The notes under the pieces are model-generated. The model had not been told where the DNA came from. It did no database searches and saw nothing but the letters and a program-made list of their open reading frames with translations. Positions 18,375-27,460 of a stretch of DNA of 64,000 nt are shown here, one piece after another. The stretch comes from an uncultured Actinomycetes bacterium (GTDB taxonomy: Bacteria; Actinomycetota; Actinomycetes; S36-B12; GCA-2699445). The position numbers and the translations under genes are program-made. Where the stretch lies: contig CAZECO010000001.1 of the NCBI GenBank assembly GCA_964510455.1, positions 35,693 through 99,692 on the forward strand. The letters are read 5' to 3'. Every line of letters begins with the position of its first letter. Position 1 is the stretch's first letter.

Positions 18375-18491
18375 AGCGGCTGCCCACCACCTAACGGCGG
18401 CGGCTGGGCAAAGGAAAACCCCGACGGCTCCCAAGTCTTAGTTTCGCGGCTAAATAGGGAGCAGCGCCGGGGTTACCTATAACAACCTGGA

Positions 18492-20429
18492 GTGACCATA
18501 ACAACCCCGGACACGGGGTGTCCAGCATCTGCGGCGCTTCCGCGCGCCGCGTCGGGCGGGGCACCCGACTTCTTCGACACCGCTGCGGCGACGTCCGCGT
18601 GGTCCGCGCTCGGCGCCCGGCTCGCCGGCCGTCCTGCGATGCGGATGGCCCGCATCGTCCGCAAGGACGACGGCACACGCCGCGCGTCCTACGACCGCGG
18701 CGAGACGCCGATCACCTCAGCCCTGCCGACCGCCCCGGCTGCGGTGCTGCTGTACGACAGCCCAGACCGCGCGACGGCTCGCATCCGCGTGCTGGCGTTC
18801 GACCTCGACGCCAAGCAGCGCATAGACGGCGCCCCCGCCGGGCGCCGCGCCGCCGCACGCGACGCCGTCCTCATCGCCGAAACCGTTGAGCGGGCAGGGG
18901 GCGCTTGCGTGGTGTCCGCCGGACCGACCGGCGGACACCACGTCTGGATCCCACTCGCATGCCCGCTACCGCTCGCCCAGGCGGCTGCGCTTGCCCACGC
19001 CCTGCGCCAGGTGTGCCCGACGATCGACCCCGCCCCGCTGGGCAACGCCGCCACCGGCTGCATGCGGCCGCCGGGCTCCCCACATGCCGCAGGCGGGTTC
19101 CAGGCGCTTCTGACCCCCCTGCCGGAGGCTGTCGCGTGCCTGGACAACCCCAACCGATCCGGCGTGCTGGACGCTCTCTGGAACCTTGTGGCTCCAGAGG
19201 CAGGGCCTGTTCCCACCGGGCAGGCGGCCGTCGTACTGCCCGAGCGGCAGCGGCCCCTGCCCCGGCGGTGGGAACAGCTGGCGGCGGAGGGCCCTGTCCC
19301 CGGCCAGTACAGCAACGACGCCTCCCTGGCCCGCTGGTACCTGATCCTCGCGGTCGTCCGCGCCGGCTGGACCGCCGACGAGTGGGTCGCCGCGATCGGG
19401 AGCTGGCCATGGTTATCGGCCCAGTTGGCCAATCCACGCCGGCTGGCCCTGGCCAGGTCCGAGTTCGAGAAAGCGGCTACCCAGCGGCGACAGGGGATTT
19501 CTGTTCAGATACCTGACACCAGCCAGGAATCCCTACACGGCGGGGGGGCTGGAGATGGAGAGGAAGAATCGACTACACCCCGTGACCAACCCCAGCTCGA
19601 GACCATCCACCGACGGCTGCGGCGGGTCCGGACATGGCTGCAGAGCCTGGTCCGCAGCGGCAGGCTCTCCCCCGGCGTGCATGCCATCGCCCGCGCCGTC
19701 CTGCTGTTCGCCCATGCCGGGGAGTCGCAGCGCATCCAGGTCGGCGTGCGGGCGCTGGCGATCGCCGCCGCCGTGTCGCGCACCACCGCCGGCACGGCGC
19801 TTCGGACGCTGGAGTCCGCCGGACTCGTCGCGCTGGTCGGACGGGGTATCGGTCGCGGCGCGGACGTGTGGGAGGTCGACCTGTCCCTCGGCGAAGGGCT
19901 CGCCCCTGCATCCGGGCGCATCTGGGCCACCAGGCCCGTCTTCCGAGTCATCGGCGGGCACGGCGCGGCCGAGGTCTACGAGGCGCTGGCCACCGCGTCC
20001 ACCCCGCTGTCGTGCCGGAACCTGGCCGGGATACTCGGCCGCTCCCCCACGACCATCAACGCGCACCTGACAGAGCTGGCGGCGTGGGGACTGTCGACCG
20101 GCGGCGGAAGGGGCGGCTGGATCGTCGGCCCGTCGGACCCCGACGAACTGGCGACCAGGCTCGGGGCGGTCGGGCTCATGGCCGAGCAGGTCGCCCGGTT
20201 CCGAGCCGAGCGACTGGCCTGGTGGCGGTGGCTGGAAGCCAAGGGCCTGGACAAACCCTCCAGGCGCTCCCCCGGCCTGGGCCAGGTGGTGCTGCTGCCC
20301 GCCTCCGCCCCGGTGCAACGTCACGCCGCCTCTGCCCGTGGAGACCGGGCCGGCCCAGAAAGCGCCGCCCTGAGAGCGATCGACCTGGTGCGGTCCGTGC
20401 TCGGCGCAACTCTCGTCACCGCAGGGTGA
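18492..20429 (+). CDS. replication-initiator candidate: AEP (archaeo-eukaryotic primase)-like N-terminal domain plus C-terminal winged-HTH
   Basis: Ordered motifs VLAFDLDAK (DxD), PTGGHHVWIPL (sGxxHxW) and CMRPPGSPH (RxPGSxH). wHTH-like: VRALAIAAAVSRTTAGTALRTLESAGLV and CRNLAGILGRSPTTINAHLTELAAWGL. Confidence 0.55.
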   Translation: MTITTPDTGCPASAALPRAASGGAPDFFDTAAATSAWSALGARLAGRPAMRMARIVRKDDGTRRASYDRGETPITSALPTAPAAVLLYDSPDRATARIRVLAFDLDAKQRIDGAPAGRRAAARDAVLIAETVERAGGACVVSAGPTGGHHVWIPLACPLPLAQAAALAHALRQVCPTIDPAPLGNAATGCMRPPGSPHAAGGFQALLTPLPEAVACLDNPNRSGVLDALWNLVAPEAGPVPTGQAAVVLPERQRPLPRRWEQLAAEGPVPGQYSNDASLARWYLILAVVRAGWTADEWVAAIGSWPWLSAQLANPRRLALARSEFEKAATQRRQGISVQIPDTSQESLHGGGAGDGEEESTTPRDQPQLETIHRRLRRVRTWLQSLVRSGRLSPGVHAIARAVLLFAHAGESQRIQVGVRALAIAAAVSRTTAGTALRTLESAGLVALVGRGIGRGADVWEVDLSLGEGLAPASGRIWATRPVFRVIGGHGAAEVYEALATASTPLSCRNLAGILGRSPTTINAHLTELAAWGLSTGGGRGGWIVGPSDPDELATRLGAVGLMAEQVARFRAERLAWWRWLEAKGLDKPSRRSPGLGQVVLLPASAPVQRHAASARGDRAGPESAALRAIDLVRSVLGATLVTAG

Positions 20430-20431
20430 CC

Positions 20432-20458
20432 GGGCCTGCGCATCTTCGTGCGCGGCCC
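20432..20458. terminator. hairpin between convergent genes
   Basis: GGGCCTGCGCA-tcttcg-TGCGCGGCCC (one bulged T), lying exactly between stop codons at 20429 and 20460. Confidence 0.45.
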
Positions 20459-20459
20459 C

Positions 20460-21455
20460 TCAGCCGGCGTCCTTGCTCCCCCGCTGTCGACGCGGGGGTG
20501 TGCGCAGTTGCGCCAGTTCGGCCTCCAGCTCCGCGATACGGTCCTTTGCGAGCGCCTGGACCCGCTCGATCTCGCGGTCGGCCCGCGCGACCTCGCGCTC
20601 TTCGATCCGACGTGCCTCTTGCCTCGCCTGCTGCAGGGAGTCCACCGCGGCTTCCGTTCGAGCCTGTGCGGCCGCCGCTGCGGCAACCCCTTCCTGTGCG
20701 GCCTGGCGCGCATCCCGGAGTTCCTGCTGAGTCGTAGCCAGTGACGTTTCAGCCTGTGCGGCCCTGGCGAGGGCCGCGTCCTTGTCTCCTTCTGCACGAT
20801 TGGCTCGAGCGGCCTGCTCATCCCGTTGGGCTTCGGCGGTCTCGGCCCTGGCCAGGGCGGCCTTCAGTTCCGCCCGCGTGGCTTCGGCGGCCGCCGCATG
20901 CTCGGCGGCCTCGGCGCGGGCTGTCCGCTCCCCCGCTTCCGCCTGTTCGGCCCGATCCTGGGCCACCTGGGCAGCAGCGACCGCTGCCGCCTGCTTGTCC
21001 TGCGCTGCAGCGACCGCTTCGACCTGCTCCGCCTGGGCGCGCTCGGCGACTGCGACGGCAGCAGCGGTCTGCTGCCGCGCCTGCTCAGCATCTGCCTCCG
21101 CCTCGCTGGCCTGCCGCAGCGCTTCGGCCCGCACCGCACCGATCTCAGCCTCCACCATCGCCGGGTCGCCGATGTCGTCGAGGGATTCGAGGGCGGCCGC
21201 AACCTGGGCCGCCACGGCGTTCCGGTGACCGGCCAGCATGGGCGCCAGCGACTCGACGACTAAGCGCAGCCGCGCGGAGGCCGTGGATACGGCGAGCTCC
21301 CCTGACCGGTCGGCTTCGGTCGCCGCAGCCGCCTGCTTGGCGCGGAAGGCGCTGGTCCGGTTGTGCTCGGGCAGATCGCAGTACTTGGGCGGCCGACCCC
21401 CACCAGTCGCGTCGGCGGCTGGCCGTCCGCAGCCGGGGAACGCGCAGACCCTCAT
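20460..21455 (-). CDS. Ala/Glu/Gln-rich coiled-coil protein with an N-terminal Cys-rich (zinc-finger-like) motif
   Basis: Track ORF 20460..21626 trimmed to MRVCAFPGCGRPAADATGGGRPPKYCDLPEHN, followed by about 250 aa of heptad-like AEAxxAQ sequence. Confidence 0.65.
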   Translation of the reverse strand: MRVCAFPGCGRPAADATGGGRPPKYCDLPEHNRTSAFRAKQAAAATEADRSGELAVSTASARLRLVVESLAPMLAGHRNAVAAQVAAALESLDDIGDPAMVEAEIGAVRAEALRQASEAEADAEQARQQTAAAVAVAERAQAEQVEAVAAAQDKQAAAVAAAQVAQDRAEQAEAGERTARAEAAEHAAAAEATRAELKAALARAETAEAQRDEQAARANRAEGDKDAALARAAQAETSLATTQQELRDARQAAQEGVAAAAAAQARTEAAVDSLQQARQEARRIEEREVARADREIERVQALAKDRIAELEAELAQLRTPPRRQRGSKDAG

Positions 21456-21496
21456 AGCGGTGAATTCGCTCACCAGCTCAGCATACGTGACATGCG

Positions 21497-21565
21497 ACGA
21501 AACGAAACCTTGCCCAAACAAAACGGAACGATACGAAACAGAACAAAACGAATCGGGACGGAAAC
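21497..21565. repeat. iteron-like array of ACGRAAC motifs in an AT-richer patch
   Basis: ACGAAAC at 21497, 21502 and 21533. ACGGAAC at 21523. ACGAATC at 21548. ACGGAAAC at 21558. Spacings of 10-15 bp. Confidence 0.7.
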
Positions 21566-21624
21566 CAGCGCTCCGGTTGCTGACTGGGACGATGGGCCCC
21601 CCGCTCGCTCGGGCGCTCCACCGC

Positions 21625-21663
21625 ATGTCACGGCGGCGGAAGCGGTCCCCGCCGCCGTGACAT
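21625..21663. repeat. 15-bp perfect inverted repeat ATGTCACGGCGGCGG-N9-CCGCCGCCGTGACAT
   Basis: Read directly. Arms at 21625-21639 and 21649-21663. Confidence 0.9.
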
Positions 21664-21856
21664 CAGCGCACGCTTCCCACGCCCACAGGCCTCTCCCCCA
21701 CGGCAGGGTGCGAAACGTCCGCAGGCCCGGCCCACCCGTCCGGCCCCACGGACGATGAAGGGATTGCCCAACGTCGCGCGGCGCGGCAGCTCTCCACCCC
21801 CGGCTCCCCGTGTCACACCGGGCGCGGTGAGCTCACCGATGTCCGGGCCGGGAGCG

Positions 21857-22445
21857 TGTCGCGGCGACATGGCCGCGACAGCGGGGGCGACGTCGCCGCG
21901 ACCGCGAGGGCGGCACCCAGGGTGTTCTCGAGGGACCCACGCGGACGGGTCCCTGGTGATCTCAGTGGGCCGGCGAGCCCGGATTCAGGCCACTGGTGCT
22001 AGGCGCGGCCCCACAGATGGCTGGCGGGCATCCACGAACTGCCCAGGGCTCCCCTGTCGGGCCCGTACGGGGCTTCGGACTGGTTGCCATCCCGTTTACC
22101 CGCCCCTGTAGAGCGACGCCGGATGGGCGCCCCTCCAGCGCCGCAGCCGCGACGTCGTGGCGATGGCTGCCCACGCCACGCGGCGATGTCGCGGCGACGT
22201 AGGCCCACCGCACCGGACCGGCTGCGAGACCACCGCCGCGACGGAGCGGCCACGCACCGGACGGGTCGGACCAGCGTCGCGGTCGCCTAGCGGCCACGCC
22301 GCCCACGCGAGCGCGTTACGCACGCCGCGACAACACCGCTACGGATCGGCCATGCAACGGCGATGTCGCGGCACAGCAGCGGCGACGCGGTGGGGCGCTG
22401 TCGCAGCGATGTCGCGGCCCCGTGCTGGGCCTGTCGCTGCGACAC
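21857..22445. promoter_or_regulatory. centromere/operator-like array of TGTCGCGGC / GCCGCGACA motifs upstream of parA
   Basis: IR TGTCGCGGC-gacatg-GCCGCGACA at 21857-21880. ATGTCGCGGC at 22186, 22363 and 22409. Reverse copies at 22146 and 22324. Palindrome TGTCGCtGCGACA at 22432-22444. Variant GTCGCCGCGAC near 21892. Confidence 0.6.
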
Positions 22446-22537
22446 TCCGGCGACGGTCCTTGAACCGGGCGGGGGAGAGGGGCACTCTGCACAGAGAGGC
22501 CGTATCCATCGACTTCCCCACGATGAGGAGCCCGGCG

Positions 22538-23593
22538 ATGACCGATATCCATGTGATCGACCACCCGCTGGACCGCGTGGTGCAGATCGCCAACGGCAAG
22601 GGCGGGGTCGGCAAGACCAGCCTGGCCGCGAATCTGGCCGTCGAGGCCGCGCGCGACGGACTGAACGTGCTGCTGATCGACATGGACCCCCAGGGGAACC
22701 TCGCCGAGGACCTCGGGTACGGGCCGGCGGAGTGGGACGACGACGGAGCGAACCTGGCCCAGGCGCTGATCGACGGCTCGCCGCTGGAGTCCCACCCGAG
22801 CGGCCGCACCGGCCTGGACGTCATCTGCGGCGGAACCGAGCTGCGGCGGGCCGAGCGGCACCTGGTCATCGCCTCGTCGATCAACCACGACGGCGCAGTC
22901 CAGGCCGACCACAACAACGGCGGCTCCTACCGAGCGCTGGCGTACCCGCTCGCACAGATCGCGGAGCGCTACGACCTGGTGCTGCTGGACAGCCCGCCCG
23001 GGTTCGAGTGCCTACTGCAGAGCGCACTGGGCGCGGCGCGCTGGTTGGTCGTGCCAGCCCGCGAGGACGACTCCAGCCTGAAGGGTCTGTCCAGGATCGG
23101 ACAGGACTTCGCCGACGCCGTCCGGGCGTCCGCCCGCATCGACTTCCTAGCCGTGGTGCTGTTCGGAACCCCGAGCACGGCGACCGCGAAACGGGCCCAG
23201 GCCAAGGAGCGGTTGCAGGAGCTGGTGCCGGAGCACACGCACCTGTGCACATCGGTGGTGCGCGCGTCGACCTCGGCGGCCGCGGCCCGCTACCTGGGCC
23301 TGGCGGTCTCGGAACTGGCGGCCGCAGTCGCAGCGCTGCCGCCCTGGCACGAGGGCCTGCGCCGCAAAGGGGCTAAGGCCACGGCGGCGGCCGTGCAGAA
23401 GCCTTTGCCGCTGCCGGACACCGCAGCCCTGATCGAGCTCGGGAGCGACGAGGTGCTGCGGGTGCTGCGCACGACGGCCGGGAACCTGTCCCACCTGGCC
23501 GAGGATTACGACGCGCTGGCCGAGGAGCTGTTCGGCCTCATCAACGACCGCGAAGCCGCGGCCGAGGCCGAGACGGCGAAGGCGGTTGTCTGA
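22538..23593 (+). CDS. parA: ParA/Soj-family partition ATPase with a ~100-aa C-terminal extension
   Basis: Track ORF 22157..23593 trimmed to MTDIHVIDHPL (ATG 22538) with GAGGAG 7 nt upstream. Deviant Walker A is NGKGGVGKTSLAANLA, followed by LLIDMDPQGN. Confidence 0.9.
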   Translation: MTDIHVIDHPLDRVVQIANGKGGVGKTSLAANLAVEAARDGLNVLLIDMDPQGNLAEDLGYGPAEWDDDGANLAQALIDGSPLESHPSGRTGLDVICGGTELRRAERHLVIASSINHDGAVQADHNNGGSYRALAYPLAQIAERYDLVLLDSPPGFECLLQSALGAARWLVVPAREDDSSLKGLSRIGQDFADAVRASARIDFLAVVLFGTPSTATAKRAQAKERLQELVPEHTHLCTSVVRASTSAAAARYLGLAVSELAAAVAALPPWHEGLRRKGAKATAAAVQKPLPLPDTAALIELGSDEVLRVLRTTAGNLSHLAEDYDALAEELFGLINDREAAAEAETAKAVV

Positions 23594-24201
23594 TGGTGTT
23601 GAAGAAGGCCGCCATGGGAGTCCAGATGGATCGCGACGCGATCCTGCAGGGCAAGGCAGAACAGGCCCCCGCGCCGGAGCCGGAGGCCGCGGCGCAGCCG
23701 GTCCTAGACATCCGCCAGCAGTCCGCCCCGTTGCGGCAGGCGCAGTCGCCCGGACTCGCCCCGACCAAGCGCGCCGCGAAGCCGAGGACGGCCCCGGCTG
23801 CCGCGACGCCAGCCGAGCCGAATTCCGCGCAGCCCGGCCCCGCCGGGGGAGTGGGCGTCTCCGTCACGGTCCTGCTGACCGAGGAGCAGTGGCAGTGGGT
23901 GCTTGCCGAGGCCAAGCGGCGGGGGATCGCGCAGCGGTACGTGCTGCTGTCGGCCGTCGACCGGCACCGGGACGCAATCGCGGAGCATTTCCGCACGACC
24001 GTGCACGAGGGGGCGAACCTGTTCCGGTGGACAGGGGAGCCGAAGGACGTCGAGGGCAAGAAGATCGGCCGGCCCCTGCGCATCCCGGCGGGGGAGCGGG
24101 AGATCCTGCAGCAGCTCGTGGACGAGGTGGGAGCCCCGTCGCTGTCGATGTACCTGCGGATCGCCGCGGAGCAGCAGATGGTGGAGCAGAGCCTGGAGTG
24201 A
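23593..24201 (+). CDS. putative centromere-binding partner of ParA (RHH-like segment; not a canonical ParB)
   Basis: TGATG overlap with the parA stop. Disordered Pro/Ala-rich N-terminus, then VSVTVLLTEEQWQWVLAEAKRRGIAQRYVLLSAVDRH. Confidence 0.5.
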   Translation: MVLKKAAMGVQMDRDAILQGKAEQAPAPEPEAAAQPVLDIRQQSAPLRQAQSPGLAPTKRAAKPRTAPAAATPAEPNSAQPGPAGGVGVSVTVLLTEEQWQWVLAEAKRRGIAQRYVLLSAVDRHRDAIAEHFRTTVHEGANLFRWTGEPKDVEGKKIGRPLRIPAGEREILQQLVDEVGAPSLSMYLRIAAEQQMVEQSLE

Positions 24202-24306
24202 CGCCCGCCGAGCGCGGCCGTCAAAGCCTGAGTCCGCGTTGCCCAGGTATCGAGCGGCGCGAGGTGATCCGGTGCGGCTAAGCCGGGGCGACAGTCAGGC
24301 GACCCG

Positions 24307-24951
24307 TTACTCCGCCTTCGGGCGCGGTCGCTGGCAATCGGGGGGGTTGGGCGGTTCATAGTCCAGATACCAGCCGGTGGTCGAGTCGTAGCACGTGAAG
24401 TCCATGACAGCGCCGTCCAGATAAGCGTCGGTCAGGTCCGCGCCCCTCAGGTCCGTCCAGTTAAGGTTGGCGCCGGTAAGGATGGCGCCGGTCAAGTCCG
24501 CGGCGGCCAGGTCCGCGCCAGTCAGGTAGGCGCCGGTCAGGTCCGCGCCGCCCAGGGCAGCCCCGCGCAGGTTGGCGTCGGTCAGGTCCGCGCCGCTCAA
24601 GTTGGCCTGGACAAAGTTCGCGCAACCGGCGGCTACATCTTGGACTGGAGCACCTTGGGGGCAGTTCAGCGGAAGAGCGGCCAACTGCGCGCCGCTGAGC
24701 TCCATGGACTGGAACGGCTTCAACGTGGCACCCGGGGTCATAACCGCGCCGCGGACGAAGCGCGTGTTCTCGAGCACTTCTGCCTGGGCCGCGCGGGTGT
24801 TCTCGAGCTCTTCGGCCCGGGCCGCGCGGGTGTTCTCTAGATGGTTGGCCGCCCAGAAGAGGAGGCCGCCGACCAGAATCGTCGTGAACCCCGCCAGGAG
24901 CACATCGCGGAGGAGGTCGTCCTTGTTGAGTCGTTCGTGCAGTCGGTTCAA
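24307..24951 (-). CDS. membrane-anchored pentapeptide-repeat protein
   Basis: Run of A(D/N)LxG pentads: ANLSGADLTDANLRGAALGGADLTGAYLTGADLAAADLTGAILTGANLNWTDLRGADLTDAYL. N-terminal TM is LLAGFTTILVGGLLFWAA. Tandem ENTRAA(R/Q)AE(E/V)L units. Confidence 0.85.
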   Translation of the reverse strand: MNRLHERLNKDDLLRDVLLAGFTTILVGGLLFWAANHLENTRAARAEELENTRAAQAEVLENTRFVRGAVMTPGATLKPFQSMELSGAQLAALPLNCPQGAPVQDVAAGCANFVQANLSGADLTDANLRGAALGGADLTGAYLTGADLAAADLTGAILTGANLNWTDLRGADLTDAYLDGAVMDFTCYDSTTGWYLDYEPPNPPDCQRPRPKAE

Positions 24952-25149
24952 CGGCCCGGCCCCTTCGCATTCCGGCCCGCATGGCCGTCATCAGGACTGA
25001 GTGGTTGGGGCTTCGCGGGGCGCATGCCGCCAGTATCGGGACCCGCACGCCGGGCGGCGTGATTGACTGCTGGCCCGGCCGTGTCGCGGCTGCGATGGAT
25101 AGCAACGGGGGAGTCACCAACGCGACTAGCGCCGGGAGAATTTCCCCCG

Positions 25150-25692
25150 TCACCGCGCAGGCATCCCCAGCCGCTGCGTCTCTGCTGGCTCACCGGGCGG
25201 GATCAGCGCCGCCAGCGACAGGAGCTGCTCCCGAATCGCCAGCTCCCGGCGACGGCGCTCGTCCTCCAGCTGGGCGCGCAGTCGGGCCACCTCGAGCTCG
25301 ACGTCCTCGGCCCGGGCGTGGGCGGCCATCCGGTCGAACTCGCGATCGCGCCGCTCCCGCTCCAGCAGCGCCAGCAGCTCCCGCTCGCGTGGGGTGGCGG
25401 CCGCGGTCAGGGCGTCCTCGCTGAGCCGTGAGGCGATCTGTGCCGGCCACGGGGTCGCCAGCGTCCCAACATGCCGGACCCGCTCATGCCGCCATTCGGG
25501 CTTGACCCGATCCGCCCGGTACGCCAACAGGCCATCGGAGTCGATCAGGATGCGCCACGTCTGGCCATCACGGGTCGCCGCCAGCCGGCCCTCACGGGCA
25601 GCGGACTGAATCCGGGAGCGATCCAGCCCGAGCAGGTCGGACACCTGCTGCACGGTCATGAATCCGGCGGCCATAGAACTGACGCTAGCCAA
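25150..25692 (-). CDS. excisionase/MerR-type HTH DNA-binding protein with a coiled-coil tail
   Basis: MTVQQVSDLLGLDRSRIQSAAREGRLAATRDGQTWRI is typical of HTH_17/Xis-type domains. Start may be 25692, 25674 or 25659. Confidence 0.65.
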   Translation of the reverse strand: MASVSSMAAGFMTVQQVSDLLGLDRSRIQSAAREGRLAATRDGQTWRILIDSDGLLAYRADRVKPEWRHERVRHVGTLATPWPAQIASRLSEDALTAAATPRERELLALLERERRDREFDRMAAHARAEDVELEVARLRAQLEDERRRRELAIREQLLSLAALIPPGEPAETQRLGMPAR

Positions 25693-26347
25693 GGCTTAGC
25701 CCATCCGTGGGAGACACGCCGAGGCTTGCCGATGCAAGATCACCCGCAGTGACTCCTTAACCCGTGCCAATGACGCAAGCACGGGTCAGACCTATGCCTG
25801 GCACGGTCTAGGCCTGTTAGGCCTTCGCCGCGCATGGGTTAGACACGGGCTAGTCACCCGTTGTCACCGGCAGCGGATTTCGGGGTACGCGGGAAAACCG
25901 CCCAGGCGCGCTACAACGGACTCGACCAGCTCTAGACCATCCAGGAGGCCCGGCCACCGAACGGCCAGCTCAACCCAACAAAGAAGAGACCCTCACTGCG
26001 GCAACAGCGAGGGTTCTCAACGATCACTCGGAGAGTGACATGACTCCACCACCGAGTGTAGGTACGTTACGCCCTCGAGCTGACATCTCGTGCGGCGTGT
26101 CGCACGCCTACCCTTGCGCCAGTCCGCACATGGGCGCCTTAGCGACGGGTGCCACCATTAGCTGGACCTGGCTCGTCGTCGACGATTCGCGACGACTGCT
26201 GGATGTCGTCTGTGAGGCATGGCCGCACTGGCGGACGGCGCTGGCGATGGCTGGGGTGTTCGGACAGACCAGCCATCCCGCGATCGAGGTCCAAGGCTGC
26301 GACGACATCTACCTCGTATTCACCGCGACAATCGTGGGACCGGCGCG

Positions 26348-27226
26348 ATGAGCGTCCAGTTGATGGCGGCCGTCTTCGAACGGGGTCCGTCAAACCCGCA
26401 CCTGCGCCTCCTGATGCTCGCCATCGCCGACCATGCCGACGACGAGGGCTTGGCTTGGCCTGGGGTTGAACGGTTGGCGGCCAAATGTGCGGTGTCGGCG
26501 CGGTCAGTGCAGCGGTCGCTGCAGCAGCTAGAGGCCGCCGGTTGGTTGGTGATCGAGCACGGGAAGGGCCGTGGCAATACCAACCTGTACCGGTTGGCTG
26601 TGGATCGGCTGCTGATGCCTCCACCGCAGAGAAAGGGTGACGCCCATGACACCCATTCGTGGGTGCAGAAGGGTGACGCCGGTAGCGCAAAAGGTGACGT
26701 CCACGCCATCGAAACGGTGACACCGGCGTCACCCGAAACATCAGTGGTTAACCTCCAAGAACCCTCAATCACCGCTCGGCCAGCCGAATCAGCCCCGACC
26801 AGATTGATTGACCTGACTGAAGTCGCAGACTGGCTTTCGCTGCTGCACCCCGACCTGGCGGTGAATGCTCGAACCGCGCCGCCAGCGACATCGGCCATGT
26901 CCAACTCGATCAGCCCGGACTCGGCTCGTCGGTTGTTGGAAGCCGCAGGGCACCGGACCGACCGGGCGGCCGTCGTTGCCCATGTCCTGCCGAACGTGAT
27001 TGCGGCCGAAGTGGAACGGCGTCGCGTCGCGGGGGAACGTCGCCGGGCTGCGGCCGAGGCGGCACAGGCAAGGCGTTCATCTGACCCTGTCATCGAGTGG
27101 CCTGACCATCTCTCTGGGCAGCCGATCACGATGAAGTTGGCCTGGCTTCGAACTGAGGACGGGGTGGCGTGGGCCGAGGATTCGGCGTCCGAAGACTGCG
27201 AGGCGGCGGCGATGGGCCGCTCTTAG
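26348..27226 (+). CDS. helix-turn-helix protein of the plasmid/phage replication-associated type
   Basis: Track ORF 26219..27226 trimmed to MSVQLMAAVFERGPSNPHLRLLMLAIADHADDEGLAWPGVERLAAKCAVSARSVQRSLQQLEAAGWLVIEHGKGRGNTNLYRL. This pattern is typical of HTH_36-like proteins (from memory). Confidence 0.65.
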   Translation: MSVQLMAAVFERGPSNPHLRLLMLAIADHADDEGLAWPGVERLAAKCAVSARSVQRSLQQLEAAGWLVIEHGKGRGNTNLYRLAVDRLLMPPPQRKGDAHDTHSWVQKGDAGSAKGDVHAIETVTPASPETSVVNLQEPSITARPAESAPTRLIDLTEVADWLSLLHPDLAVNARTAPPATSAMSNSISPDSARRLLEAAGHRTDRAAVVAHVLPNVIAAEVERRRVAGERRRAAAEAAQARRSSDPVIEWPDHLSGQPITMKLAWLRTEDGVAWAEDSASEDCEAAAMGRS

Positions 27227-27460
27227 GCCGGTGTGCCGCTGGTCCAGGCGAAGAGTCTCCCGCCGCGACGGGGGAGACGCGGCGAGAGACCCGCTGGAGT
27301 TTAGCGGCACGGGCACCTGTGTCGGCAGGGGGCACGCTCCACGAGCGAATCCGACATCGTTGGTCGTGTGGGCGAGACAATTATCCGACCGCATGCGAGG
27401 TGTTGACGCCGCGTCCGTGCATTTCCACACGTCAGGAGGTCGATACGTTCTACACCCGTC

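Noticed and set aside
22157-22537. 127-codon N-terminal extension of ParA offered by the ORF track
   Set aside because: The extension is Arg/Ala/Thr-rich, overlaps the repeat array, and an ATG with a GAGGAG RBS sits at 22538 just before the Walker A region.
26040-26351. 103-aa ORF upstream of the HTH_36-like gene
   Set aside because: The 5' third uses atypical codons (tta, gta, cct, agt) for this genome. Only the last ~70 codons (from ATG 26130, ATGA-coupled to the next gene) might be real. Evidence was too weak to list as a feature.
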